A DNA stretch of 64,000 nucleotides from Chiloscyllium plagiosum (taxonomy: Eukaryota): the NCBI RefSeq assembly GCF_004010195.1, contig NC_057746.1, positions 10,519,457 through 10,583,456 of the forward strand. Direction: 5' to 3'. Under the pieces are notes generated by a model. It was not told the origin of the DNA and did not search any database. It saw only the letters and a list, made by a program, of their open reading frames with translations. Of this stretch, positions 40,626-53,805 are shown in pieces (the first letter of the stretch is position 1; every line of letters starts with the position of its first letter). A program made the translations under genes and the position numbers.

Positions 40626-41161
40626 TGCCTTGTGGAAAATTCAAACATTCAACAATTCCTTCAGAGTTTGTTACAATGGAATTTCTACAGGGTCCCATGC
40701 ACAACTCCCTGCTTCACTGGAATAACACTGTCTAGTCAGTGGGAGTTGCAGGCCAGCGTTGGACTATGAATAAGAAGTATTGAGACTAACTGGGTAACTC
40801 TTTCAAAGATCCAGCAATGGGATACTGAGCGAAACAGCTGTCATTCCAGTAAAGCCTTTGTGAGCACCTCTGCTCATAACTAGTTTCCCATTCCCGGTAC
40901 TTCCTGATGAGTCTATGTTACTGTTTCTGTAGGGTAAATTCTTTCCTTTACAAATAGCATTGCCATCAGTAATTCCTAGACTTTGGAACTTTGTGTACGT
41001 GATTAACACAATTAAGCATGATGCATATTTATGGCCAGTGGGCACTTTACTTGGTGATGCACCGCAGCATGGGTAAGACCCTCCAATAGTCTTTCCACAC
41101 TGTTGACATCTCAAGTTTCACTATGAGACACTCATTCTTTCCCTGCCTCTCTCTAATGTAG

Positions 41162-41334
41162 AACCTGAAGTACCAGAGGAACAGTCTGGTCCTTGGACAG
41201 TGATCTGTATTGTGGGAATCATCCTGGGAATTATCAGTGCTGTTGTAGCGGTCATTTTACTGATTAAAGAGAGGAAACGGCTGCAACCCCTGGCATCTAG
41301 GGATAAGTACAGGGTGCAGGGTCTGTGTTTATAA
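41162..41334 (+). CDS. MHC class II alpha chain, connecting peptide/transmembrane/cytoplasmic exon
   Basis: Pyrimidine tract plus tag acceptor ending at 41161. The phase-1 join to alpha-2 gives W-EPEVPEEQSGPWTVICIVGIILGIISAVVAVILLIKERKRLQPLASRDKYRVQGLCL*. It contains the class II alpha TM pattern C-x2-G-x3-G followed by the basic stop-transfer KERKR. Confidence 0.9.
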
Positions 41335-41779
41335 CACATATTCAGGAACGTTAAGGATACACAAGGTCACTGGTCCTTATTGCTGTAAATGTGTACACAG
41401 ACATGGGCAGCACTGAGCTGGTCTGCTATAATCATTGCTGTCATTCACAGGAAGAATCAGTCCTTGGGTGAGATGGAGATGGGATCCATTCAGAGCTGTC
41501 ATCATTGGACATTATTTTTCACTTAGACCATAGCACTGCAATAATCCACCCAGCCATTTCAGGGCTTTCTGATGAGCACATTCATCCCATTGGCACTGCT
41601 TCCATTAACCTGCAGATGTGTAGTGGCACTTTCTAAATTTTAAAGCACTCTGAGAATAAGGAATATGTGTGTGTAGACTGTAAAACACTAAATAATAGGA
41701 AGCATATGAAGGAATAAATCCGGGGGTGAATTACGGGGGAAGATGCAAAATCTACAGAAAGTGAAGAGGAATTCATACT

Positions 41780-42850
41780 GTCTGCAGTGTCTTTTATCAT
41801 GGGTAGCATTGAATACTTCACTCCAGTTTGCATGGGACAGCACTTGACCATTCGGTCCCTCCACCATCCAGTGAGATCATGGGTAATCTGCAACTTTACT
41901 GCAATAAACCATCTTTAACCCACTTGCCTTCATATTTTTGAATGACAAAATATCTGCTAATGTCTAATTTAAGGCTTAAAATTGATCGGACTTCCCATTT
42001 GTGAAAGTGAGTTTTAAACTTCTACCATTCTTTGTGTGTAGAAATGTTTTCTAATTTTTTTCTGACCAGGTCCACCTCTAGTTTTTACATTATGCTACCT
42101 CGTGGTAGACTCAACAAACCAGTGAAATAGCTTACATCTGCTTAAGTTGACGGCTCCCAGTAATTACTTTGAAATTTTGAACACCACTGAACATTAACCT
42201 TCTTAATTCCTGGGAATATAACCCTAGATTGTTTAATCCCTCTTTATAATGGAACCCAGCATTCCGGGATCATTCTGGTAAATTTAAACTACACCCCCTC
42301 CAAGGCTAATACCTCCAGCCTGTGGTGATGTTCCCAGGACTGCTCCCAGTATTCCAAGCATAATCAAACCGACTTTCAATAACTAAAATATGACTTGTAA
42401 CCCCTTGTGTTCTTTTCCTTTAGATATAAAGACCAGCATTGCATCAGCATTCTTTTTTATTTTCCTTTCCTGTACCTGTCATTTTCATTATCTGGACCTT
42501 CACTGTTTCTATTTCTCACCATTTGTCAAAGTGGATGTTCCCACGTTTCCTACATTTCGTTCCATTTGACCCAGTTTTGCCCTTTAATTAACCTTTTAAG
42601 ATCTTTGTGATTTTATGCTGCTATCTACACTGTTTACAATGCTATTTTTGAGTCATCAGCAAACTTTGATATATGATTTTCCACATCATCTACATCTTCC
42701 ATGAATATAGGGAATAGTTAAGACCACAATTTTGTGTGTCTCCACTATCTCCATTCCGCCAGTTTGAGAACGTTACTATTATCCCTGCTGTGTCTTCTTC
42801 CATTCAGAACTTTCTTACCAAGTCAATAATTTATCTTCAATTGAACTTGA
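41780..42850 (-). mobile_element. Old degraded CR1 3' portion
   Basis: Recognisable remnants such as gagtcatcagcaaactttgatat (SKFADD on the - strand) and a CR1 3'UTR. Confidence 0.6.
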
Positions 42851-43359
42851 CCTGACAGCCTCCAGTGAGGAGCTGTACCTGCACCATTCCAGTTGACTTG
42901 TACTATGTGGGTTACCTGATACACAGTAAGTGTTACATATGCTGCTGCAGTTAGGCCTGCCTTGGCTGGTGCAACACAAATGAACATTGTGCCCTATATT
43001 TTCTAACTGCTGTAATATTAATCTGTCTGTCATTGCTAATCTTAATCAATCTCTGACCATCAAAATTCTACTTCAGGAACAACACAATTAGATAAGACAA
43101 TAAATATCTGACACTGCACGTGATATCCACATGAAGACTGTAACAGTTGACATATATGCAACCAATGAATTTGTGATTGTGCAATAATTTTAAGTTTTTC
43201 AAGTCAGTTTATTTCTGATCTGTTCACACAACTCTAACAAACAAGTACTTCCTTAATCCACAGATTGTTTCAAACTCAATTCTTTATTGTAACTCTTAAC
43301 CTTTACGACTATAACTGTATTGAAAAAAAAAAATCATTTTTGCCGTAAAACACAAGTAC

Positions 43360-45345
43360 TTAGAGAAGATATTCCTGTTGGGATCATCCAATAAAGCTGT
43401 TTGGGTGGAATTGAGAAATAAGAAGGGGGTGATCACTTTGATGGGATTGTCCAATCTGTTCCCAATAGGTCAGCAGAAAATTGAGGGGCAAGTCTGTCGG
43501 GAAATCACAGATATCAATAAGAATATTAGGGTTCCAATAAGTAGATGATTTTAACTATTTCTATTACTTTTTAAGTAGTCATAGTTAGAAGTCACACAAA
43601 ACCAGGTGAAGGTGCAACAGGTTTATTTGAAATCACAAACTTTCGAGCACTGCCCCTTTGTCAGTGGCCTGACCGACCTGACAAAGCAGCAGCCCTTCGA
43701 AAGCTTGTGATTTCAAATAAACCTGTTGGACTCTCGCCTGATGTCATGTGACTTTTTCTGACTTTATCCACCCGAGTCCAACACCAGTGCCTCCACATAG
43801 TAAATTGTCGTGGAAGTGAATAGACCTGGTCAACAAATTAAAGTTCTAAATTGGGGCAAGTCAGGAATTTTAAAAAGTTGATTGCAGATAAAGGGACGTC
43901 TGATAAGTGGGAGACTTTCAAAAGTGAGATAACGGAAATTCAGGGACAGCGTGTTCCTGTTGGTTTGTTGGGCAAGGCTGGCAGGAGTAGAAAACACTGG
44001 ATGATCACAAATATTGAGGCTCTGGTCAAGAAAAAATGAAGGAGGCATGTTCAGGTTTAGACAGCTAGGAAGAAGTGAATCCCTCGAGGAGTATTGGCAG
44101 TGTAAGAGTAGTCCTAAGAGGGAAATCAAGAGGCAAAGAGGGAGAATATGTGGTAACATTGGCAGATAAGTTGAAGGAAAATCCAAAGAGACTCTAAGTA
44201 TATTAAGAGCAAAACAGTAACTAGGGAGAGGATAGGACTCCTTATAGATCAACAAGGCCATCTATGTGTGGAACCACAACAAATGGGTGAGATCCTAAAC
44301 CAATATTTCCCTTCAATATTAACTGTAAAGAAAGACAAGGAAGCTAGGGAATCAGGGACCTAAATGTTGATGTCGTAAAAAGGTTCCACATTACAGAAGA
44401 GGTGGTGCTGGAGTCTAAAACACACAAAGATAGATAAGTTGGCGATGACATCGAAACCAGTGATATTGTGTATCGTGAAGAAAGTTATCTAAGAGTACAA
44501 TAGGATCTTGATCAACTGGGCCAGTGGGCCAAGGAATGTCCTGTGGAGTTTAACTTAGATAAATGTGAGGTAAGATGCATTTTGGTAAGACAAACCAGGG
44601 CAGGTCTTATACAGTGAATGGTAGGGTCCTGGGGAATATTGTTGAATAGAGAGACGTATGAGTTCAGGTATGTAGTTCCTTGGAAGTGGTATAACAGGTA
44701 GACAGGATGGTGAAGTAGGTATCTGGCACACTTGACTTCATCAGTCAGAGCATTGAGTACAGGAGCTGGGTTATCAGGTTATGGCTGTAAAGACATTGGT
44801 AAGGCCACTTTTGGAGTACTGTGTACAATTCTGGTCACCCTGCTTTAGGAAAGATGTTATTAAACTGGAAAGGGTGCAGAAAGATTTACAAAGATATAAC
44901 TAAGAATAGAGGGCTGGAGTTATGAGAGTCTGGATAGGCTGGACATTTTTTCTGAAATGGAGAAGATTGACAGGTGACATTATCGAGACGTTTATAAAAT
45001 GTCAAGGGGCATGTATAGGGTGAGGTCAGGGTTTTTTCTGTGGGGTGGGGAAATCCAGAACAAGAGGGCATAGGTTTGGGATGCGAGGAGAAAAATTTAA
45101 AAGGGACTTGAGTGGCAACTTGTTCACACGAAGGTGGAATGAGCTCCCAGAGGAAGTGGCAGAAGTGGGTGCGATTAAAACATTTAAAAGGCATTTGAAT
45201 AGGTACATGAATAGGAAATGTTTAGAAGAATACAAGTCAAATGCTGGCAAATGGGGCTAGTTCAGTTTAGGAAACCTGGTCGGGATGGAAAAGTTGGGCT
45301 GAAGGATCTATGAATCCATGCTGTGTGCCTCTAGGAATCTATGAC
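43360..45345 (+). mobile_element. Degraded CR1 with internal deletions, interrupted by a palindromic Penelope-derived element
   Basis: WVELRNKKG EN remnant; 3' end RTRGHRFGMRGEKFKRDL...WNELPEEV. Confidence 0.85.
43585..43800. mobile_element. Palindromic Penelope-derived short element (two inverted hammerhead-bearing termini)
   Basis: Arms ~43585-43664 and ~43678-43760, including the perfect pair caacaggtttatttgaaatcacaa / ttgtgatttcaaataaacctgttg; same family as 55400-55530. Confidence 0.8.
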
Positions 45346-46029
45346 GAGGAAGGCCGGTGAGAATGAGGTGAGCACCAAACCCATCTGCCCATCCTCACCC
45401 TGAAATCCCAATAACACGAATCCTGGGAACTTTCAAAAAACCCAAGCTGTGTGAGAATGTCTTCCAAAACCAACGTGAAATAGTAAAAAAAGATATGATG
45501 AGGTCAATGTCCCAGACTACAGCTCTTCAACACTCCACTAGGTCACAGGGAAGAGGTTTTTAGATAAGGTTTATTATCCAAAAGGGGTGATACTCTTGAC
45601 AAGGGAGGTTAAGTTTCCTATGTGGAGTCAGGTCAGAGAGAATAGTGGTTTATGGGGAAATTTACAAAGACTGGGGATAGAGTGCCAGGAGACTCGATGT
45701 TCAGTGTAAGAACAGAGACACAGCTACATGCGGACCCTGAGCCATTGGAGTTGCGGATGTAACAAAAGGTTGTAAACAAAAACATGCAGATAAATTGAAA
45801 TGACACTATGGGCTGAATGAAAATAAAGAGCAGAAAATATTGAAGTTACTGGACTGAAAAAGACTAAGGTCTGTTTCGGATTGCGACATGATTTAGGGAA
45901 CAACAATGATCTTACAATACATTCCAGCTTGCGGCTGACCCACCATTGAGTGTTTCGACACGGGTAAACCCTTGTGCTGATTAAAACAAACACCCGGAAA
46001 AGCTCACTTCGCCTCATAATCTGTTAAAG

Positions 46030-46265
46030 TATGAGTCACATGTCGACCAGACAAGATAAGGATGGCAGATATCCTTCTTGAAGGACATGAGTGAACTAGA
46101 TGGATTTTTCGAACAATTGACAATGATTTTATGGTCATCATTACATACTTCATTCCAGATTTGAAAAAAAAAAGAATTTGGAATCCTCAATCTGCCCAGG
46201 TGGGATTCGAATCCGGCTTCCCAGAACAATGTTTGAATTTTTGGATTAGTTGTCCAGCAATAATA
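46030..46265 (-). mobile_element. tRNA-derived shark SINE, head interrupted by a MITE
   Basis: B-box-like ggattcgaatccc on the - strand; body similar to 32066-32440. Confidence 0.7.
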
Positions 46266-46271
46266 TAGGTA

Positions 46272-46573
46272 CACAATCCTTTATCCGAAACCCTTGGAAT
46301 AACAGACACTATCACAGTGAAAGTTTTTAATTTTAAAAAAATTACCGAACAGCAGCTGCGGCTGTGACTACTTCACGCACAGAGACACAATTAACTCCTG
46401 TCAATGCGGGGCCACGATGCCACGTCGCATCTAAGTGATGTGGGGCAAGTGGGTGTGGAGTTGGGTTAACTGTTCACACGCCAAACAACCTTGTTATGCA
46501 GAAAAGCACATCAAGACAAAATCTTTGGATCTTGGAGCTTTTAGGATTTTGGAATTTCAGATAAAAGATTGTG
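46272..46573. mobile_element. Tc1/mariner-pogo (Tigger-like) MITE, 302 bp
   Basis: TIRs CACAATCCTTTATCCGAAA and TTTCAGATAAAAGATTGTG (17/19 match), with TA TSD at 46270-46271 and 46574-46575. Confidence 0.85.
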
Positions 46574-46579
46574 TACCAG

Positions 46580-48075
46580 TAACACTAGTACCACTGATCG
46601 AGCTGGTCGGGTTCTAAAGGACATAGCTGTTGGACTGGGTCTGTGGCAGGCGGTGAGAGAACAAACAAGAGGGAAAAACACACTTAACGTCAGCCTTCCA
46701 ATCTGCCAGCTGCAGATACATCTGTCCATGACATTATCTTTAAATGTGACCATCGCACAGCCCTAGTTAAGACAACGTTCTGTCATCACGTTGAGAATAT
46801 TCTTCATTGTGTTGTGTGGCATTATCACTGTGCCAAATGGGACTGACTTTGAACACATTTAGCAACTCAAAACTGTGCATCCGTGAAGTGCTGTGGTCCA
46901 TCATCAGAGCAGAATTCAGTCCAACACAATCTGTAACCTCATGGTCGAGCATATTCTCCAGTCAACCATTAGCATCAAACCAGTGGATCAACCGTCATTC
47001 AATGGACAATGCAGGGGTGCATGCCAGGAACAGCATCACGCATACCTGAAAGTGAGGGGTCCACCTGGTCAAGCTACCAAACAGGAGTACTTGTGTGCCA
47101 AATAGAATAAACAGTAAGTGGAAGGCACTTATGTCAGCTCCAGGACATCTCTGCAGGAGTTCCGTGGGAGCTCCTCCTCGGCCCAACCATCTTCACCTGC
47201 TTCATCAATGCCTTTCCATCATATAGTCAGAAGTGGAGATATTCACTGATGATTGTTAAATGTTCAGCAACATTCGCGACTCCTCAGACACTAAAGCAGT
47301 CCGTGTCCAAATGCAACAAGATCTGAATAGCTTGGGATGATATGTGGCAAATAACATTCAAGCCACACAAATGCCAGGCTATGACCATCACTAACAACAG
47401 ACAATCTAATCAGTGATCCTTGATGGTGTTATCATCATTGAATACCCCACTGTCAATATTCTGGGAGTTATCGTTGACTAGCAACTCAACTGAACTCACC
47501 ACATAAACGCAATGGGTCCAGAGGTTAGGAATACTGCAGTGAGTAAACATGTCCACCATCGAAAAGGCACAAGTCAGGAGTGTGATGGAATACTCCCCAC
47601 TTGCCTGGATACGTGCAGCTCCAACAATACTCAAGAAACTTGACACATCCAGGGAAACTCAGCCTGTTTCATGGTCACTATATCCACAAAATCCATTCCT
47701 TTCACCACTATTGCTTATTAGCAACAGTGTGTACCATCTACAAGATGCACAGCAGAAATTCACTAAAGATCCTCAGACACACCTTCCAAACAGACAATCA
47801 CTTCCATCGAGAAGGACAAAGGCAGCAGGTACTTGGGCAACAACACCACCTGCAAGTTCCCTTCTAAACCACCCGCCATCCTAACTTCAAAATTTATCGC
47901 TGTTCCTTTAGTGTCACTGGAACAAAATCCTGGCTTTCTCTCACTAAGGACATTGTGCGTCAACCTACTGCACATGGACTGCAGCAGTTCAAGAAGGCAG
48001 TGCATCATAACCTTCTTAAGGGCACTAGAAACAGGCAATAAATGTTGCCCAGGCATTGAATAAATAAAACAAAAA
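46580..48075 (+). mobile_element. LINE (second CR1-group family), internally deleted, with A-rich 3' end
   Basis: STIEKAQVRSVMEYSPLAW motif, ttcactgatgat (F[A/T]DD) remnant, and a tail ending aataaataaaacaaaaaaa. Confidence 0.8.
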
Positions 48076-48680
48076 AACATCATAATGTTCTCTTCTCAAT
48101 TGGAACAGGCAAAGAGGGGATGTGATGGGCATTGAAGAGTTGGAGAGCAGTAGCAATCTTCACAGAATGAAGATGAAGGTGTTGAGCAGAAGGAACATCG
48201 CATTCTGTATGACAGGGCACAATAGTGTCAGATATAACAATGCTAACATGACATGAATGATACTCAAATCCAGCAGTTGAGAGCCACACTATTCATTTAC
48301 TGACTGTACATTTGTTGATGGAAAAGCAAATGTTTTCTATCTCCATCTCTGGAGCAAATATAACTTTTCTTTTCTATACTTTAGCTGTTGCTGAATTAAA
48401 GTGACGGTGTTCACTGCGTTAAGGTTTTTCTTCAGTATATAATCCGCCCCCAATGAAGCTTGAGAAAATGTTGAGGTACTCTAGATGTGACTAATTGTGA
48501 AATACTCCCTCAGTTGGAATTCTAAAATGTTTAGCAATCCAGCTGAGTGAGTTCTCTTGGAGAAGAGTGACCTTTATTATGATAAAACGCTTTATCAAGG
48601 TGGAGAGTGATATAGTTAATTCTGAGATGAGGGTCCTGCATCTAAATTAAGGAAACTATCATGCTATGAGGAGCAAGTTC

Positions 48681-48982
48681 GATTAGATTAGATTAGATTA
48701 GATTACTTACAGCGTGGAAATAGGCCCTTTGGCCCAACAAGTCCACACCAACCCGCCGAAGCGCAACCCTCACATTCCCCTACACCTAACACTACGGGCA
48801 ATTTAGCATGACCAATTCATCTAACCTGCACATTTTTGGACTGTGGGAGGAAACCGGACAACCCGGAGGAAACCCACGCAGACACGGGGAGAATGTGCAA
48901 ACTCCAGACAGTCAGTCGCCTGAGTCGGGAATTGAACCCAAGTCTCTGGCGCTGTGAGGCAGCAGTGCCACCGTGCCTCCCA
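48681..48982 (-). mobile_element. HE1-type V-SINE
   Basis: V-domain ggagtttgcacattctccccgtgtctgcgtgggtttcctccggg on the - strand, tRNA-like head and (TAATC)n tail. Confidence 0.92.
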
Positions 48983-49327
48983 AATTTGGCGATGATAAAT
49001 TAGGGAACATCACTGTAAGAGACGACAGTGATAGACAATGGCAAACATTTCAAGAGTGCATGGAGGACTTCAAAAATTGTTCATTATTGCCTGGCACAAA
49101 ATGAAAACAGAATAGATGACCTGGCCATGGTTAACTAATGAAACAAGGGATTATACTAAGTTGAAGGAAAGTGCACACAAAATGGCCAAAAGAAGCAGCA
49201 GACCTGAGGATTGTACCCATTTTAAACGTTCATCAAAGAGGACCAAGGGATTAATTGCCAGGGAGAGAAACAGTACCAGTGTAAGCTTGCAGAGAACATT
49301 GAAACCGATTGTATAAGTTTCTAAAGA

Positions 49328-49973
49328 TGTATTAATAGGGACCAGACCAGATACCTTAAAATACTTTCAGAAGATAGATTTGACCCTAATTATTTCTTAT
49401 TGAAAAGGCAAATGTGACATGCTAATTCAATTGGTCAAAATACTCAACACTGTAAAAAACAGATCATTCAAAACACAAAATACAACAAAAGTAATAAAGA
49501 CTTAGAATAACCTAACTCTATTGGGAAACTTAATTAAATAATAGATATTGTAACTATTGCTCATGAACAGTTCCTGTATAGTAACATCCCATAAGCATAT
49601 CTCTTGGCAAAATGGCAAATTCAGAAAAAAGATTCGTCTCACAGGTATCTCAGCAGCAGAGAGAAATCCCAGCCTCTAGCTTTAACTAACAGAGAGAAAT
49701 TCTTCTAATTCTTCAAAAATCCAACCGTTTCTGCCTCGTTGAGGCTCCAATAGCAACTGCTTCAAGTTAAACCTAAAAACTAAAACAAATGTAGAAATCC
49801 TGGCCCCACCCAACTATGCTGCTTCTATCGTTCCAACTTTAAACAGAAAACACCGTGGACTCAGAAGTTGTTTACTTAATTAATGTTCAAACTGGAGAGT
49901 TGTGTACCAGTCTTAAAACCTCTCTTTAAAAAGAGAAGTACAAAATTACCTCTTAAATCCATAGCAACATCAC
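49328..49973. mobile_element. Probable solo LTR inserted in CR1
   Basis: About 650 bp of non-CR1 sequence running tgt...aca that splits a CR1 coding remnant; TSD not clearly preserved. Confidence 0.45.
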
Positions 49974-52900
49974 AATATGAAAAGAAAGAACGAGTGAAGA
50001 CAAATGTAGATCCCTAACAGTCAGAAACAGAGAAAGTTATAATGGGACGTACAAAGAGTTGACAGACCAATTGAAAATATAATTTAATTCTGTCCTCACA
50101 AAGGTGACGCAAATAATATCCCTAAAATGTTGAGAAACATATGACAGAAGGAACAGAAGGAAGTCAGTATTAGTATGGAAAAGATGTTGGGGATGTTTAA
50201 GGGTTTAAAGCCCCACAGGTCCCTGGAGCCCAGCAATCTACATCCTAAAGTATTGAAGGACATTCCTCGAGAAAGAATGGATGCACTGGTTGCCATCTTT
50301 CTTGATTCTGTCGACTCTGGAACTGTTGTTATGGATTGGACGGTATCTAATATAACCCCATTATTTAAAAAGGGAGACAGAGAGAAAACCAGTCCTGAAA
50401 GGGCAGTTATGGTCGACAAATCTGGAATTTTTAAAGGATGTAACTCGTGAAGTTATTTGGAGGAGTCAGGAGATGTGGTTTACCTGGACTATGAGAAGGC
50501 TCTCAATAAAGTCCCATATGAGTTGAGCAGGTAAAATTAAAGTATATGATATTGGGGATAGTGAATTGACATGGACAGAGAACTGGCTACAGTTATGAAA
50601 CAAGAGCAGGAATAGATGGAACATGTTCCAAGTGGCAGCCAGTGACTCATGGGGAATGGGAGGGATTGGTGCTTGGACCCCAGCGAATATGTGCAAGTCT
50701 AAAAGTGAAAACCGTAAACTAGAGTTTTCGATTTGGATACAGCCAACTTTAACAAAATCAAACAGAGTCTATCCACAGTGAATTGGGGAAATCTGCTAAT
50801 TGGTCAAACAACTGAAACACAGTGGAGAATGTTTTTAAAAAAATTCAAAATCAGTTTATAACTCTGAGGGGAAAATGCTCCATTTAACAGAAAAAAAAAA
50901 CATCCAGGGCAATTGAAGAGATAACAGTAAAACTAATATAAAGGGCTAACAAAAATGCAAAATAAAACCACAAATTCTTCTGAATGGCAAACATACAAAG
51001 ACAATTGAAGGGCCACAAAGCAGCTTATGGGAGTTATGGTAAAGGATTATTAAAGGAAACATGCCAGGAACTTTAAAATCAAGAAGTTTCGTAACGATAT
51101 AAAGAAAATAGTCACGAGGAATGTTGGCTTACTAATGACTGAAAGTGGGGTAATGTCAATGACTATCAGGAAATGGCAGACATGTTGAATAATTACTTTA
51201 TCTCAGTAGAAGAAAATAAAACATTTACAGCAGTAAAGGAGAAAAGCTTTTCAGAAGTCATGAGGAAGTTAATAGAAGATTGGGAACAGAGACTGAATAA
51301 AAAGTTACATTGTATAAAAATTTGAAATTAGGCAAGTAATGGAATTAAAGAGTAACAAATTGCAGAACCTGACGGTTTTCATCCAAGGATGTTAAAGGAA
51401 GTAGAGGAGCTTTCGGAGTTCGCTAGACACATAAGTCAACCCTCTAGATTGAAAGATTGTACACGTCGCTCCACTTTTTACTAAGGGAGAAAGAGGAAAG
51501 CCAGGAAATTTTACACCAGTCAGCCTATTATCTGTGATGGAGAAATTGTTGGAGTCTATAAGCAAGGATCGGTTAACTGAACACCTTGAACATTTTCAGT
51601 TAATCAGGAAGTGCCAGCATGGATATAGTGGCAGCTAGTTCAGGCCTGACAAACCTCATTCAATTTTTGGAACAGTGACTCATGTCTGTGGATGTTGTTT
51701 ACATCGACTTCAAGAAAGCATTTGAAAAAGGCTCACAAAAAAGATTGTTAACTCCGTTCAAAGCCGACAGAATTGAGGCAAATTACTGACAGGACTGGGA
51801 AATTGCTTGATTGACAGGCGACAAAGTAGTGATAATGGGTAGGTATTCAAATTGTCAGGATGGGACCTGTTGTCCCACATAGATCTGTGCTGGGTCCCCA
51901 ATTATTCACCTTACTTATTAACTACTTGGATCATGGCATGTAGAGTCATATATCCAAATATGCTGATGACACAAAATTAGACGACATTATAAACAGTGTA
52001 GGTGGTGGCATAGAATTAAAATTGATATTGATAGAACAATGAAATGGGCAAAACAGTGGCAGGTGAAGTACAATTTAAGTAAGCGTGAGAATATCCGTTT
52101 TGAAACAAAAAAGGATAAATCATTTCTTGATGGCATGAAATTGAACACTGTGGATGTCCACAGATTTGGGGGTTCAGGTGCATAAATTCTAAAACGTCAC
52201 AAACAGGTGCACAGAATAATCAAGAAATCTAGCCTTTATATCTCGTGAATGGAATACAAGTTGAAGAAGATACGGATGCAGAAGTTACGTAGCAGTTCTC
52301 TACAGGGGTGTAAACCCAAAGGTAGAAATCACTTGGAGTACTGAGAGCAGACCACACTTTAGAAACGAATTATTGGTCTTGGACTGAGTATAACGCAGGT
52401 TTACAAGAATGATACCTGTACTTCAGGAGTTGTGCTATCAGATTGTAGAAATAAGGCTTGTTTTCTTTGTAGAATTTTAAAGGTTAAGAGGTGAATCCAT
52501 CTAAGTCCTCAAGGTATTGACAGGCAAAGATAGGATTGATAAACATACACTATATCCACAGGTTGGAGATTCCAGAATTAGGGTTACAGCCTGTGAATTC
52601 AAGAGGTTTACAAGAGATATTCAGAAGCACTTCCACAGTTAAAGGGTGGTAGATGTTTGGAACTCTCCCACATACAACAGTGGATGCAGGATCTGTTGTG
52701 AATTTTAAATCTGACATAAATAATTTACTGTTTAACAGAACTGTTAAGGAATGGGCCAAAGGCAGAATATGGAGTTTGGCCATGGATCAGCTGTGATCTC
52801 ACTGAATGGTGGAATAGGTTTGAGGGGTTCACTCTTTTGTTTCTCTGTCTCAGAATTACTGGAATGGTTTTAAATATATGGACATTGTAGAGGATTATCT

Positions 52901-53254
52901 TTTTTATGTCATGAAGAAAGAATTGGAGGTTTCATTACTGGACCTTGAAGCCCACATTCGTTTAATCTTATTTTGGGATCCATTCCAGTCTTTTCAAACC
53001 TTATCCAGAGTTTCTGAAGTCAGAATCTGACAACCAGAATGACTTATCCAATTCTTCTCACAGAATATGAAAGATTTTCATAATTCGCAGAACTCAGGCT
53101 GTTTATTCATTTTTTGTGATGGTATTTCTCACATGCTATCAATCTTATTGTACAGTCCATTAATCAAGTTCCATATGATGACTCGACGTCAGAGTTGACA
53201 ACCATGCATACAACAATTCCATTGTCCTGGCTTGTGATTCAAGGGTCAAATAGA

Positions 53255-53805
53255 AAATACACGAGCAAAACTAATGTCATTTACTAAATACCGTGCAAGG
53301 ACTGTAGCAAACACTACATTGGACAAACAGGCAGAAAACTATCCAACAGGACACATGAACACCAACTAGCCACAAAAAAACACCATCGTCTCTCACTATT
53401 ATCCTCAAATACTGATGAGGAATGAAACCATTTCAACTGGGACAACACATCCATCCTATGACGAGCCAAATAAAGAGACGCACAAGAATTCCGAGAAGCA
53501 TGACGTCCCAATCGGAACTCTATCAACAAATACATCAAGTTGGACCCCACCTACCACCTCCTGAAACACTGAACCGGAAGTGACTTCATCACAGGAAAAA
53601 CATCACCACAGGAAGTGACATTACCAACCCAAAGAAACCCAAACATATAAATTGAAAGCAGGAAGTTTCAGCATTGCTTTGCCTCAGGTCCAATATAGAT
53701 GTTACTTAGTAGGGTTAAGAAGCATTTGGAAATGAACCTTCCAGCTCAGCGAGCAAACTTACCTCCAAAACCTCAATCTCAACGACAAATCTTCTCAAAA
53801 CTCGC
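53255..53805 (+). mobile_element. Penelope-like (Poseidon-type) 3' fragment with GIY-YIG domain
   Basis: TNVIY*IPCKDCSKHYIGQTGRKLSNRTHEHQLAT and a downstream FNWDNTSIL motif. Confidence 0.85.

Larger units (their letters stand above)
48540..52850 (+). mobile_element. Nested degraded CR1 elements
   Basis: LHPKVLKD, YLDY.KA, tttacaccagtcagcct (RPVSL-like), tatgctgatgacacaaaa (YADDTK) and a CR1 3'UTR at ~52780-52850. Confidence 0.75.

Noticed and set aside
39819-40769. Long Cys/Val-rich and His/Thr-rich ORFs (up to 208 aa)
   Set aside because: Translations of a CA/TA microsatellite.
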